Assembly: GCA_030619905.1 (NCBI GenBank)
Contig: JAUXAO010000003.1
Span: forward strand, 54,119-118,118
From: a bacterium
GTDB taxonomy: Bacteria > Patescibacteriota > Minisyncoccia > Minisyncoccales > CG1-02-41-26
Length of the DNA stretch: 64,000 bases
Direction: 5' to 3'
A model generated the notes under the pieces. The model saw only the letters and a program-made list of their open reading frames with translations, had not been told where the DNA came from and did no database searches. Positions 30,154 through 39,450 of the stretch are shown here, piece by piece. The position numbers and the translations under genes were made by a program. Every line of letters begins with the position of its first letter. Position 1 is the first letter of the stretch.

Positions 30154-31077
30154 ATGAATCCAAAGGTTTCGGTTATTATTCCAACTTATAATCGGACAAA
30201 TTTACTGTCTCGGGCTATTAATAGTGTTTTAAGTCAAACTTTCCAAGATTTTGAATTAATTGTCGTTGACGATGCTTCTATTGACAACACAAAAGAGGTT
30301 GTGGAAAATTTTCAAAAAAAAGATAAACGAATTAGATACATTCAACGAAAAAATTCCGGGGAAGGACCCACAAAAGCTATAAACGCCGGCCTTAAGGTGG
30401 CCCAAGGAGAATATATCTCTTTCCTAGAAGACGATGATGAATGGTTGCCGGGAAAAACTGAAAAACAGCTGGAGCTTTTTCGAAAATCAAAGAAAAAAAA
30501 TTTGGGATTCGTAGGTTGTAACATATTAATAATTGATGAGAAATTAAAAACTACAAAAACCTATAATTTACCGAAATACAAGGATAATGTTTTTTTAAAA
30601 AAGCTCTTAGTCGGCAGTAAATTTTTCTTTAACTTCAGTATTCTTATGATTAAAAAAGAAGTCGTAAACAAGGTAGGGTTTCTTGATGAAAATTTAAAAA
30701 TTGCAGCCGACCAAGACATCTACCTAAGAATTGCCCAAAAATATAGTTTTGATTTTGTTCCTGTTCCTTTAATTAAATTCCACATTCACGGATCAAACCT
30801 TTCTAGAAAACCGAATTATAATAAGGAAATGTCAGAATGGTTATATATGCTTGAAAAATATCGTGATTTATACAAAAACAACCCTATGGCTAATAGTTGC
30901 AAGCAAAGACGCCTTGGTGTCTTATGTCTGTCTTTGGGCGATTATAAGCAAAGCAGAAAATATTTATTAAAATCCATTATCGCCCACCCCTTAAATTTCA
31001 AGGCCTATTTAAACCTGTTGTTCTGTTTGGGTAAGAAATTTTTTTTAAAAAACATTGGTAAAAAAATACATTTATAA
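30154..31077 (+). CDS. Glycosyltransferase family 2
   Basis: VSVIIPTYNRTNLLSRAINSVLSQTFQDFELIVVDDASIDNT...LEDDDEW. Confidence 0.85.
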   Translation: MNPKVSVIIPTYNRTNLLSRAINSVLSQTFQDFELIVVDDASIDNTKEVVENFQKKDKRIRYIQRKNSGEGPTKAINAGLKVAQGEYISFLEDDDEWLPGKTEKQLELFRKSKKKNLGFVGCNILIIDEKLKTTKTYNLPKYKDNVFLKKLLVGSKFFFNFSILMIKKEVVNKVGFLDENLKIAADQDIYLRIAQKYSFDFVPVPLIKFHIHGSNLSRKPNYNKEMSEWLYMLEKYRDLYKNNPMANSCKQRRLGVLCLSLGDYKQSRKYLLKSIIAHPLNFKAYLNLLFCLGKKFFLKNIGKKIHL

Positions 31078-31160
31078 AAATCCTTAAGAGATTTCCGTTT
31101 TTAATTAAGAAATAATTTAAAAATATATTAAATAAAGTTATAGAAACGCTTCTGGTTTTT

Positions 31161-31874
31161 ATGAAAAAAATTATTAAGAAAATCATCAGAATAATCCTGT
31201 CACCTTTTATTTTCTTTGATTATTTAAAATTTAAAAAAAATAACAACAGGTTCAGTATAAAAATATCTGATTTTTATCCCTGTATTAAAGACAGAACAAT
31301 TAAAACGAACTTTGATGCGCATTATGTGTATCATACTGCCTGGGCTGCCAGAAAAGTTAAAGAAATAAATCCGGAAAAACATATAGATATTTCTTCCAGT
31401 TTGTATTTTTGTGGAATGGTTTCAGCTTTTGTTCCTATAGATTTTTATGATTACCGGCCTGCAAAAATTAAACTATCAAATTTAAAGAGCGATTATGCGG
31501 ATTTAACAAAACTTCCGTTCAGCGATAAAAGCATAAGTTCTTTGTCTTGTATGCATACGGTTGAACATATAGGTCTTGGAAGATACGGCGATAAGATTGA
31601 CCCAAACGGAGATTTAAAGGCGATATCAGAATTAAAAAGAGTTTTATCAAAAGACGGCTCTCTTTTATTTGTCGTCCCTATAGGAAAGCCAAAAATAGAA
31701 TTTAACGCTCACAGAATATATTCTTACGAGCAAATTTCTGAGTATTTTAAGGACTTAACGCTGAAAGAGTTTTCTCTTATTACAGACAGTGGAGATTTTA
31801 TAGAAGATGCCGATGAAAATTTAGCAAAAAAACAAAAATACGGATGCGGGTGTTTTTGGTTTATAAAAAAATGA
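31161..31874 (+). CDS. DUF268-type SAM-dependent methyltransferase
   Basis: SLSCMHTVEHIGLGRYGDKIDPNGDLKAISELKRVLSKDGSLLFVVPIG. Confidence 0.7.
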   Translation: MKKIIKKIIRIILSPFIFFDYLKFKKNNNRFSIKISDFYPCIKDRTIKTNFDAHYVYHTAWAARKVKEINPEKHIDISSSLYFCGMVSAFVPIDFYDYRPAKIKLSNLKSDYADLTKLPFSDKSISSLSCMHTVEHIGLGRYGDKIDPNGDLKAISELKRVLSKDGSLLFVVPIGKPKIEFNAHRIYSYEQISEYFKDLTLKEFSLITDSGDFIEDADENLAKKQKYGCGCFWFIKK

Positions 31875-32656
31875 TTATTGTCAAACTAAAAGGAGGATTG
31901 GGAAATCAAATGTTCCAGTATGCCTATGGTAGGAAATTAGAACTTTCCGGCAAAAAGGTTGTTTTCGACACTTCTTTTTTCAAAGGAAATAAAGCGAAAA
32001 AAGATGCGGCCAGAGAATTTAAGCTTAATAAATTTAATCTTCAAACCCAAAGCAGTTTTTCCGATAAAAAACACTTATTTTCAGATATTTTTAATAAAAT
32101 TAAGAGAAATCTTGGCTTTAAAACTAAAGAATTTTACCAAGGCGAAAAATATTTTATTGCTGTTGGTGAATCAATCAGAAGGGAATTCACTTTGAAAAAA
32201 GAATTGTCGTTCAGGGCGCAAGAAATTTTGCAGGAAATAGAAAAAGACAATTCAATTTCTTTACATATCAGGCGCGGAGATTATGTGACTAACCTAAAAA
32301 CAAGCGCTTATCACGGGGTTTGCGGCTTAGATTATTATCGCGCGGCGATGAAACTTATCAAAGAAAAAATTCCCAATCCAATATTTTTTATTTTTTCCGA
32401 CGATATAAATTGGGCAAAAGAAAATTTTGCCGGGGAAGAATTTATTTTTGTTTCTTCTCCGGAAATTGAAGATGTTGAAGAAATGATTTTAACGAGCAAA
32501 TGCAGACATAATATTATTGCTAACAGCAGTTTTAGCTGGTGGGGAGCGTGGCTTAATAATAATCCGGAAAAAATTATTATTGCTCCGAAAAAGTGGTTTA
32601 ATGATAAAAAAGCCGACCAAAGCGAAATAATTCCAAATAGCTGGATAAAAATATAA
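31871..32656 (+). CDS. Alpha-1,2-fucosyltransferase (GT11)
   Basis: MIIVKLKGGLGNQMFQYAYG, HIRRGDY and ANSSFSWWGAWL are GT11 motifs. Start moved to the ATG at 31871 (ATGA overlap) rather than the ORF-track 31844. Confidence 0.85.
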   Translation: MIIVKLKGGLGNQMFQYAYGRKLELSGKKVVFDTSFFKGNKAKKDAAREFKLNKFNLQTQSSFSDKKHLFSDIFNKIKRNLGFKTKEFYQGEKYFIAVGESIRREFTLKKELSFRAQEILQEIEKDNSISLHIRRGDYVTNLKTSAYHGVCGLDYYRAAMKLIKEKIPNPIFFIFSDDINWAKENFAGEEFIFVSSPEIEDVEEMILTSKCRHNIIANSSFSWWGAWLNNNPEKIIIAPKKWFNDKKADQSEIIPNSWIKI

Positions 32657-32657
32657 T

Positions 32658-33422
32658 ATGCTTAAAGTATCCGTGCTTTTGCCGGTGCATAACGGCGAGA
32701 AATATTTGCCCAAAAGCATTCAAAGCGTTTTAAGCCAATCTTTTGCTGATTTGGAATTTTTAATTTTAAACGACGGTTCTACGGATAATTCCTTAAAAAT
32801 AATCAATCAATTCGCCGCGCTTGATAAGCGAATAAAAACTATTGATTTTAAAAAACATATCGGCTTAGTCAGAATTTTAAACGAAGGAATAAAAAGGGGG
32901 CAGGGCTTGTATTTGGCTAGGATTGACAGCGATGACGAATGGCCGGACGTTGATAAAATAAAGAAACAAGTTGAGTTTATGGAAAAAAATCCGGACTATG
33001 CCCTGGTTGGGACAAACGCTTTGGTTATAAACGAGAAAGGAGATATTGTCGGGAAAATCGCATATCCGGCAAAAGACGAGGTAATAAGGCGAAAGATTTT
33101 GATTAAAAATCAGTTTCTGCATTCCAGCGTAATGTTTCGGAAAAAAGCGGCGGAGAAATGCGGTTTATATAATCAAGAAGAAAAGTATGTTGAGGATTAT
33201 GGATTGTGGCTTAGAATCGGACAGTATTATAAATTTGCCAATTTGCCCCTTTACGGCTTGAAATATCGTTTGAATCCGCAAGGCGAAACAGCTACCAAAA
33301 ACAGGCAGCAAGTTATTAATAGTTTTAAATTGGCAAAAAAATTTAAGAATAAGTATCCGAACTTTATTTTGGCTTGCGTTAAATGGATTTTGCGTTATTT
33401 TAAAACATTTCTTAGAATATGA
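32658..33422 (+). CDS. Glycosyltransferase family 2
   Basis: VSVLLPVHNGEKYLPKSIQSVLSQSFADLEFLILNDGSTDNS...IDSDDEW. Confidence 0.85.
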   Translation: MLKVSVLLPVHNGEKYLPKSIQSVLSQSFADLEFLILNDGSTDNSLKIINQFAALDKRIKTIDFKKHIGLVRILNEGIKRGQGLYLARIDSDDEWPDVDKIKKQVEFMEKNPDYALVGTNALVINEKGDIVGKIAYPAKDEVIRRKILIKNQFLHSSVMFRKKAAEKCGLYNQEEKYVEDYGLWLRIGQYYKFANLPLYGLKYRLNPQGETATKNRQQVINSFKLAKKFKNKYPNFILACVKWILRYFKTFLRI

Positions 33423-34573
33423 GAGTATTATATATTACCACCAAGAGTGAAGCCGGCGGAGCCCAAACTCATATTTATCAATTGAGCAAGTATTTTATTG
33501 AAAGAGGAAATGAAGTAGCAATAATGAGTTATCCAGGAGGGTGGTTAGAGGAAGAGACAAAAAAATTGGGAATAAAATTTTATCCGAGTAAATATTTTTC
33601 AAATAGGCCAAATCCAATTAGTATTCTGAGAGCAGTGAAAGAAATTAGAAAAGTGATAGAGGATTTTGAGCCGGATTTGGTTAGTTGTCATAGCACAGCC
33701 GCAGGATTTTTTGGTCGGATAACAGTTAGGAATAAAATTCCAACTACTTTTACTGCTCATGGCTGGGCCTTTACTAAAGGAACTCCTTTTTTAAGAAAAT
33801 GTTTAGCGATTTTAATTGAAAAAATTGCTGGGAAATTTTGCTCAAAAATTATTTGTGTTTCAGATTTTGACAGAAATTTAGCTTTGGAATACAGAATTAT
33901 TTCGGAAGAAAAAATAATAGTTATTCATAATGGAGTTGAGATTCAACCCGATAAAAAAACATTAAACATCGAACATCCAACATCAAGCACTCAGATTGTC
34001 TTTGTCGGAAGGTTAGCTCAGCCAAAAGACCCTTTATTATTACTTAAATCATTTAATAGTTTACCTTCTGAATTAAAAGATAAAGCTCAAATTTCTATTA
34101 TTGGAGAGGGACCGAAAAGAAAAGGGCTGGATAAATTTATCGAAAAGAATAGATTGGAAGAAAAAGTAAAATTATTAGGGAGTATATCAAGAGAAAAAGT
34201 TTTTGAAGTCCTGAGAAAATCTGATATTTTTGTCTTGATTTCTAATTGGGAAGGTTTTCCTTATACTATTATTGAGGCAATGAGTTCTAGTTTGGCTATT
34301 ATTGCTTCGGAGGTTGGAGGAATTAAAGAGGCAATTGATAACTGTGGGATTCTAGTCAAAAGAGGGGATGAAGAGGGAATAAAAAATGCTTTGGAGAAAT
34401 TATTAAAAAACCCATCTTTAATTAAAGAGATGGGCGAGAGAGCAAAAGAAAAGGCAAAAAAAGAATTTTCTTTAGATAAAATGCTGGAGGAAACAGAGAG
34501 GATTTATAAATCAGTTACCCGAGCGACAGCGAGGGGCGAAGATGAACGGAGTTCATCGCCTATTCCCTTGTAA
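33419..34573 (+). CDS. Glycosyltransferase family 4 (GT-B, group 1)
   Basis: GGAQTHIYQLSKYF N-terminus and the NWEGFPYTIIEAMSSSLAIIASEVGGIKE (E-x7-E) region. Confidence 0.85.
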   Translation: MRVLYITTKSEAGGAQTHIYQLSKYFIERGNEVAIMSYPGGWLEEETKKLGIKFYPSKYFSNRPNPISILRAVKEIRKVIEDFEPDLVSCHSTAAGFFGRITVRNKIPTTFTAHGWAFTKGTPFLRKCLAILIEKIAGKFCSKIICVSDFDRNLALEYRIISEEKIIVIHNGVEIQPDKKTLNIEHPTSSTQIVFVGRLAQPKDPLLLLKSFNSLPSELKDKAQISIIGEGPKRKGLDKFIEKNRLEEKVKLLGSISREKVFEVLRKSDIFVLISNWEGFPYTIIEAMSSSLAIIASEVGGIKEAIDNCGILVKRGDEEGIKNALEKLLKNPSLIKEMGERAKEKAKKEFSLDKMLEETERIYKSVTRATARGEDERSSSPIPL

Positions 34574-35870
34574 AAAACAATTGAAAGGTCTTAAGTAATA
34601 TTCCCAGGTCCAGAAATAAGGACCTGTTTTTTATATAATAAAGGTCGTATTGAAACTTTTCATGGCTGTCTTCTACTGTTCTTCCGTATCTGAATTTTAT
34701 CTGAGCCCAACCAGTGAAACCCGGTCTGACAATATGACGGAGATGGTAGTGGGGGATTTGCCTTTCCAGTTTTTTAACAAATTCCGGTCTTTCCGGTCTC
34801 GGGCCTGATAAAGAGATATCTCCTTTCAATACATTAAGCATCTGAGGGAGTTCGTCTAAATGGATATTTCTTAAGAATCTGCCAATCTTTGTTATTCTTG
34901 GGTCGTCTTTTTCAGCCCATTTTGCTTTTCCTTTTTCTGCCCCCACTTTCATTGACCGGAACTTAGCCAACCAGAATTCCTTTCTGTCTTTACCCACTCT
35001 TTTTTGTCTATAGAAAACCGGTCCCTTATCTTCAAGCTTGATTAAAATTGCAAAAATCAGCCATAAAGGAGAGGTGATTATAATTATCAAAGAAACCAAA
35101 ATTATATCTACGAACCTTTTCAGTTTATCGTAAATTTTTTTCTCACCTTCGCTTAGATTTTCCAAAAACCAGGTTTGGGAGACAAAATCAATGGGAATTT
35201 TATGAAGAAGAATCTCATAGGCCAGAGCTAAATCCATGAAGTTTATTCTTAAAGGCAGGCATTTATAGAGCCCTTGGGTTAATTTTGAAGGACTTTTAAT
35301 ATTCTGGGCGAGAATTAGAGTTTCGATTTTTCCTCTTTTAACTTGGGAGAATATATTATTTTTTAGATTTAAGAATTTGACGAATTTATAGCCAAGTTGA
35401 GGCTGATTTTCAATTTCTCGAACTAATTTTTGAGCTAGAGGATTTTTTCCTAGGAAAGCCACATTTTGCAGATAGAAAGAAGAAAAAAGCTGATAAAACA
35501 ATCTTCGCCAGATTAAAAACAAAATTCCTAATATTGATATATTTATAACAAGGTTTGTTTTCGGACTAATTTCAAAAAGAGGAAGCAAATAAAAGAAACT
35601 TGTTCCCAGTAATAAACAAGCCAGAAAACATTGTCCAGCCCTGGCTAAAAATTCAAGTTTAGGCCTGATTAGATTAAGGTCATAAAGGCCAAAGATGTAG
35701 AATAAAATAAACCAGCAGAAGTAGAGGAGGGAAAAAGGAAAAAAGTGCTCTCGAAAAATTTCCCATCTAAAATTCCCCCAAAAACCGAAATAGCAGGTTA
35801 AAAGCAAAGCCAGATAAGCTAGAACTATATCTCCGGCAATTAAAACGGTTTGTCTTAATTCTCTTAGCAT
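34560..35870 (-). CDS. Polyprenyl-phosphate hexose-1-phosphate transferase (WbaP-like initiating sugar transferase)
   Basis: PVFYRQKRVGKDRKEFWLAKFRSM...DPRITKIGRFLRNIHLDELPQMLNVLKGDISLSGPRPERPEF, plus N-terminal TM helices. Confidence 0.9.
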   Translation of the reverse strand: MLRELRQTVLIAGDIVLAYLALLLTCYFGFWGNFRWEIFREHFFPFSLLYFCWFILFYIFGLYDLNLIRPKLEFLARAGQCFLACLLLGTSFFYLLPLFEISPKTNLVINISILGILFLIWRRLFYQLFSSFYLQNVAFLGKNPLAQKLVREIENQPQLGYKFVKFLNLKNNIFSQVKRGKIETLILAQNIKSPSKLTQGLYKCLPLRINFMDLALAYEILLHKIPIDFVSQTWFLENLSEGEKKIYDKLKRFVDIILVSLIIIITSPLWLIFAILIKLEDKGPVFYRQKRVGKDRKEFWLAKFRSMKVGAEKGKAKWAEKDDPRITKIGRFLRNIHLDELPQMLNVLKGDISLSGPRPERPEFVKKLERQIPHYHLRHIVRPGFTGWAQIKFRYGRTVEDSHEKFQYDLYYIKNRSLFLDLGILLKTFQLFFTRE

Positions 35871-35883
35871 TAGTCTATTTTAC

Positions 35884-37953
35884 TTGAAAAAAAAAGAAAA
35901 TCAAAGTAAAATAATCAATATGGGTAAAAAATCTAGATTAAAAAGAGAGAGAAAAGAACAAGGATTGGAAGAAGTTCCAGATGAACGGGATAAAGAGCCC
36001 GAGCCTTTTCTTTTAGAGATTATTCGGATTGGAACTTATTTAATTTTACTTACTCCTTTAATTTTACTAAGTAAGGCTTATTTTCCTTTTGTTGGTCCTA
36101 AGAGTTTGTATTTTATGGCAATTTGCCAGATTATATTTTTTATCTGGCTTTATTTAGTTATTAATTATAAAAGATACCGGCCCAAGCTTAATTCAATTTT
36201 ATTAGCCGTAACTTTATTTTTAATTGTTTTGATTTTAAGTTCAGTTCTAGGAATAGATTTTTCAAGATCCTTTTGGTCAAAATATGAAAGAATGACTGGA
36301 CTTTTAATGTGGCTCCATCTTTTTGCCTTCTTTTTAGTGACGTCGTCTACCTTTAAAAAGGCTGATTGGAAAAAAGTTTTTATTGTTTCTGTTTTTATTT
36401 CAATTTTGATAAGTTCAGCTGCTCTTTTAGAGAGAGCTGGTATTGAAACATTTAAGTTTTCCGACCGAAGCGGTTCAACTTTGGGAAATACCTCTTTTTT
36501 GGGAAGTTATCTTTTATTCAATGTCTTTTTAGGTTTATATCTTTTTTTTAAAGAAAGAAAATTGGCTATTTTAAAGAGTCTTTATTTGGGAGTTGTCATC
36601 TTAGGAATTTCGGCCATATATTTTCAAGGAGCTAGAGCCGCCTTTGTTTCAACGTTGAGCGGATTCGGTTTAATATTTTTACTTTGGCTTAGTTTTAAGG
36701 CAAAGTCAGGCAAAATAAAGGTTTTGGGTAAAGCCCTTTTAGTGATTTCAATTATCGCTGTTTTAGCAGCGATAGTCTTACTTTACTTGCCTGGCAATCC
36801 AATCCATCAAAAGTTTGGTGAGTTGTCTACCAAGAGTAGATTTGCCAACTGGGAAATGGCCCAAAGAGGATTTTTAGAAAAACCATTACTTGGTTGGGGT
36901 CCGGAAAATTATACCTTGGCTTTTACTAAATTTTTTAATCCTTCTCTTTTTACTCCAGAATATGGAAGTGAGATTTGGTTTGATAGAACTCATAATATTC
37001 TTCTTGATACTTTAGTTACAACAGGAATTCTTGGACTTTTAACTTACCTGGGTTTATTCTTCAGTTTATTTTCAGTTTTATGGAAGAAATATCTAAAAGA
37101 AAAGTTGGTTGATTTTTGGGATTTTTCAATATTTATTGCCTTGCCAGTTGCTTATTTCATTCAAAATCTGACTGTTTTCGATATGGTAGCCAGTTTAATG
37201 ATGTTTGTTCTAATCTTGGGTTTTGTATCCTTTTTGGCTAATTCAGGGAAAGAAAAGGAGAAAAGAGAAGGATTTATTTCCCAACATCAAAGAATGGGGA
37301 TAATCTTATTTCTTATTTTTCTTTTTACTTTCTCTAAATTTATTGTTCAACCTTTTAAGACAGATACTTTAGTTATAAAGGCCCTTACAGATCCTCAACA
37401 GAGAGTTGAATTTTATAGAAAGACATTAGAAGCTTCTCCAATGGGGAAATATCAGATAAGGGAATTTTTCGGTCAAAATTCAGAAAGTATTATTAGAGCG
37501 AATTTCAATAATATTCCCAAAGAACAAATTAAAGAAGAACTTGATTTTGTAATAGCAGAATTAGAAAAGACAAACAGAGAATCTCCTCTGGAGTTCAGGT
37601 CGGTTCTTAAATTAACTCATCTTTACAATATTTACATTTTAATTGATTCTCAAAAGATTGTTTTGGCTGAAAAATATGGAGAGATGGCTATTCAATTATC
37701 TCCTGACAATCAACAGGGTTATTGGGCTTTGGCTCAGACCAGAATTTACCAAGGAGATTTTGAAAAAGCTTTATCTTTAGCCCAAAAGGCAATAGAGCTT
37801 GAACCAAGATGGCTCCAATCTCATAAAATAGCCATTCAGATTAGCCAAATATTTGGAGAGTTAGAGTTAACTAAAGAGCTTGCAGAAAAAGCGATTGAGA
37901 TAAATCCTGATTGGCAGTTAGAATTCGAAAATATTTTAAAAGAAGAGGGTTGA
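35884..37953 (+). CDS. O-antigen ligase/polymerase-family (Wzy_C) membrane protein with C-terminal TPR domain
   Basis: Multi-pass membrane core with FDRTHNILLDTLVTTGILGL. C-terminal TPR-like AIQLSPDNQQGYWALAQTRIYQGDFEKALSLAQKAIELEP. An alternative ATG start lies at 35920. Confidence 0.8.
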   Translation: MKKKENQSKIINMGKKSRLKRERKEQGLEEVPDERDKEPEPFLLEIIRIGTYLILLTPLILLSKAYFPFVGPKSLYFMAICQIIFFIWLYLVINYKRYRPKLNSILLAVTLFLIVLILSSVLGIDFSRSFWSKYERMTGLLMWLHLFAFFLVTSSTFKKADWKKVFIVSVFISILISSAALLERAGIETFKFSDRSGSTLGNTSFLGSYLLFNVFLGLYLFFKERKLAILKSLYLGVVILGISAIYFQGARAAFVSTLSGFGLIFLLWLSFKAKSGKIKVLGKALLVISIIAVLAAIVLLYLPGNPIHQKFGELSTKSRFANWEMAQRGFLEKPLLGWGPENYTLAFTKFFNPSLFTPEYGSEIWFDRTHNILLDTLVTTGILGLLTYLGLFFSLFSVLWKKYLKEKLVDFWDFSIFIALPVAYFIQNLTVFDMVASLMMFVLILGFVSFLANSGKEKEKREGFISQHQRMGIILFLIFLFTFSKFIVQPFKTDTLVIKALTDPQQRVEFYRKTLEASPMGKYQIREFFGQNSESIIRANFNNIPKEQIKEELDFVIAELEKTNRESPLEFRSVLKLTHLYNIYILIDSQKIVLAEKYGEMAIQLSPDNQQGYWALAQTRIYQGDFEKALSLAQKAIELEPRWLQSHKIAIQISQIFGELELTKELAEKAIEINPDWQLEFENILKEEG

Positions 37954-37978
37954 CAAAAGAGTTTTAATTTGTTAATAT
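37950..37978 (+). promoter_or_regulatory. Sigma70-type promoter (TTGACA-17 nt-TAATAT)
   Basis: ttgaca at 37950-37955 overlaps the upstream stop codon. A 17-nt spacer is followed by taatat at 37973-37978. Confidence 0.45.
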
Positions 37979-37984
37979 GCAATT

Positions 37985-38072
37985 GTGGGTGTAGAATTTA
38001 CGAGTTTCTCGTAAATGCTCCATCTATGTTGGCAGAAGGCGTTAGGGATTTCTAACGCTTTTTGCTTTTTTT
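37985..38072 (+). ncRNA. Candidate ~85-nt small RNA or terminated leader upstream of murB
   Basis: Bounded by the promoter above and a terminator. Contains a perfect 9-bp hairpin atttacgag-ttt-ctcgtaaat (37996-38016). Confidence 0.3.
38039..38072 (+). terminator. Rho-independent terminator
   Basis: gcgttag-ggattt-ctaacgc followed by tttttgcttttttt. Confidence 0.6.
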
Positions 38073-38096
38073 ATTTCAATAACTTATAATTAAATT

Positions 38097-38158
38097 GGGT
38101 CGGGAGGAAGCACTCACAAAAGACATAGTTAGGAGTTAAGCTCTCCCGGCCCATTTTT
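38097..38158 (+). terminator. Second hairpin plus T-run, 18 nt upstream of the murB start (terminator/attenuator-like)
   Basis: gggtcgggag (38097-38106) pairs with ctcccggccc (38143-38152), with one G-U pair. It is followed by attttt. Confidence 0.4.
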
Positions 38159-38175
38159 GAAATTAAAAGTCCAAA

Positions 38176-39072
38176 ATGATTGATTTTTTTAAAAAAAACA
38201 TCTTGTTGAAAAACTACACTACTTTTAGGATTGGAGGTCCGGCAAAATATTTTTTTGAAGCTCAAACAAAAGAAGATTTGGTAAAAGCACTTAAAATGGC
38301 AAAAAAAATAAATTTGCCTTTTTTTATTTTAGGAGGAGGAAGTAATGTTTTGTTTTCAGATAAAGGTTTTAATGGAATAGTAATTAAAATTCAATGTCCA
38401 AATGTCAAATGTAAAATCAAATCCAAAACCCAAAATTCTAAAATTTATGCTGAGGCAGGTGTAAAATTATCTGATTTAGTAAAATTATCTTTGAAAAATA
38501 GTTTAACTGGTTTAGAATGGGCAACTGGGATTCCCGGAGCCACTCTGGGAGGAACAATCCATAACAATGCCGGTGCTTTCAAAATTTCCATAGCTGACAT
38601 TGTCAAAACTGTAGAGGTATTTGACACTGCTGATTCAAAAATCAAAAATCTTGATGTAAAACAATGCAATTTCGGTTACAAACAAACAATTTTCAAGCAG
38701 CAAAAAAACTTGATCATTCTTTCTTGCATTATTCAATTGAAAAAAAGCACCAAAGAGGCGGTTAAGAAACAGATAGATTATGTTTTAAACTATCGGGAAA
38801 AGAACCACCCCATGAATTTTTCTTCGGCAGGTTGTATTTTTGAAAACCCTTTAGAGATTAGGGCAGCCGAATTGATTGAAAAGTGTGGCTTGAAAGGAAA
38901 AAAAATCGGGGATGCTCAGATTTCTGAAAAGCACGCTAATTTTATTATCAATCTTGGCAATGCTTCTTCAGAAGATGTTTTAAAGTTAATAAACTTGACA
39001 AAAAGACAAGTAAAAAAGAAATTCGGGATTGAAATTAAAAAAGAAATTCAAATTTTAAATTTTAACTATTGA
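38176..39072 (+). CDS. murB: UDP-N-acetylenolpyruvoylglucosamine reductase
   Basis: NYTTFRIGGPAKYFFEA...FFILGGGSNVLFSDKGFNGIVIKI...GLEWATGIPGATLGGTIHNNAGAF...SAGCIFENP. Confidence 0.9.
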   Translation: MIDFFKKNILLKNYTTFRIGGPAKYFFEAQTKEDLVKALKMAKKINLPFFILGGGSNVLFSDKGFNGIVIKIQCPNVKCKIKSKTQNSKIYAEAGVKLSDLVKLSLKNSLTGLEWATGIPGATLGGTIHNNAGAFKISIADIVKTVEVFDTADSKIKNLDVKQCNFGYKQTIFKQQKNLIILSCIIQLKKSTKEAVKKQIDYVLNYREKNHPMNFSSAGCIFENPLEIRAAELIEKCGLKGKKIGDAQISEKHANFIINLGNASSEDVLKLINLTKRQVKKKFGIEIKKEIQILNFNY

Positions 39073-39263
39073 CAAACTTTTTTTAAGTGAAATAATGAAA
39101 TAATATAATAAGTTTTTTTTAAAATTTTTCCGGGGAATAATCAAGCAGATAGTTGTTGATTATCACAATAAGTGTGATTAAAAAGTCGGCTACTTGCTTA
39201 AAATGTTCGACTCTGTTGAAGGTTCTTTACCAAAGGCGAACAAATTAAAACTTTCTTAAAAAA

Positions 39264-39353
39264 ATGGTTAAGAGAAAAACTAAGAAAAAGAAAGTTGTGA
39301 AGAAAAGAAGAACTGTTAAGAAGAAAGCTACAAAGAAAAGAAAAAGAAGATAA
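39264..39353 (+). CDS. Candidate 29-aa polybasic mini-protein (MVKRKTKKKKVVKKRRTVKKKATKKRKRR)
   Basis: ATG-to-TAA ORF below the ORF-track cutoff. It has its own upstream TTGACA box (39069-39074) and a strong terminator immediately downstream. Confidence 0.35.
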   Translation: MVKRKTKKKKVVKKRRTVKKKATKKRKRR

Positions 39354-39373
39354 ACTTTCTTTCAGATATTAAG

Positions 39374-39410
39374 ATCCTCTATCCTAATTTGGATGGAGGA
39401 TTTTATTTTT
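39374..39410 (+). terminator. Rho-independent terminator
   Basis: atcctctatcc-taattt-ggatggaggat (11-bp stem with one G-U pair) followed by tttattttt. Confidence 0.75.
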
Positions 39411-39414
39411 ACGC

Positions 39415-39443
39415 TTGAAAGGAAGCTTTGGATATTGTATAAT
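39415..39443 (+). promoter_or_regulatory. Sigma70-type promoter with extended -10 (TTGAAA-17 nt-TGtTATAAT)
   Basis: ttgaaa at 39415-39420, tg at 39436-39437, tataat at 39438-39443. The ATG of hpf lies at 39451, only 7 nt after the -10 box. Confidence 0.55.
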
Positions 39444-39450
39444 TTCAATT

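Noticed and set aside
38097-38152. GGGUCGGGAGGAAGCAC resembles the SRP RNA helix-8 motif (GGUCCGGAAGGAAGCAGC)
   Set aside because: The flanks do not form the long SRP hairpin around a GNRA apex. The segment folds instead as a simple 10-bp stem followed by a U-run. The resemblance is probably coincidental; Infernal with RF00169 would settle it.
38071-38265. 64-aa minus-strand ORF across the murB start region
   Set aside because: It overlaps the murB 5' end and the hairpin/terminator structures, and it has no recognisable motif.
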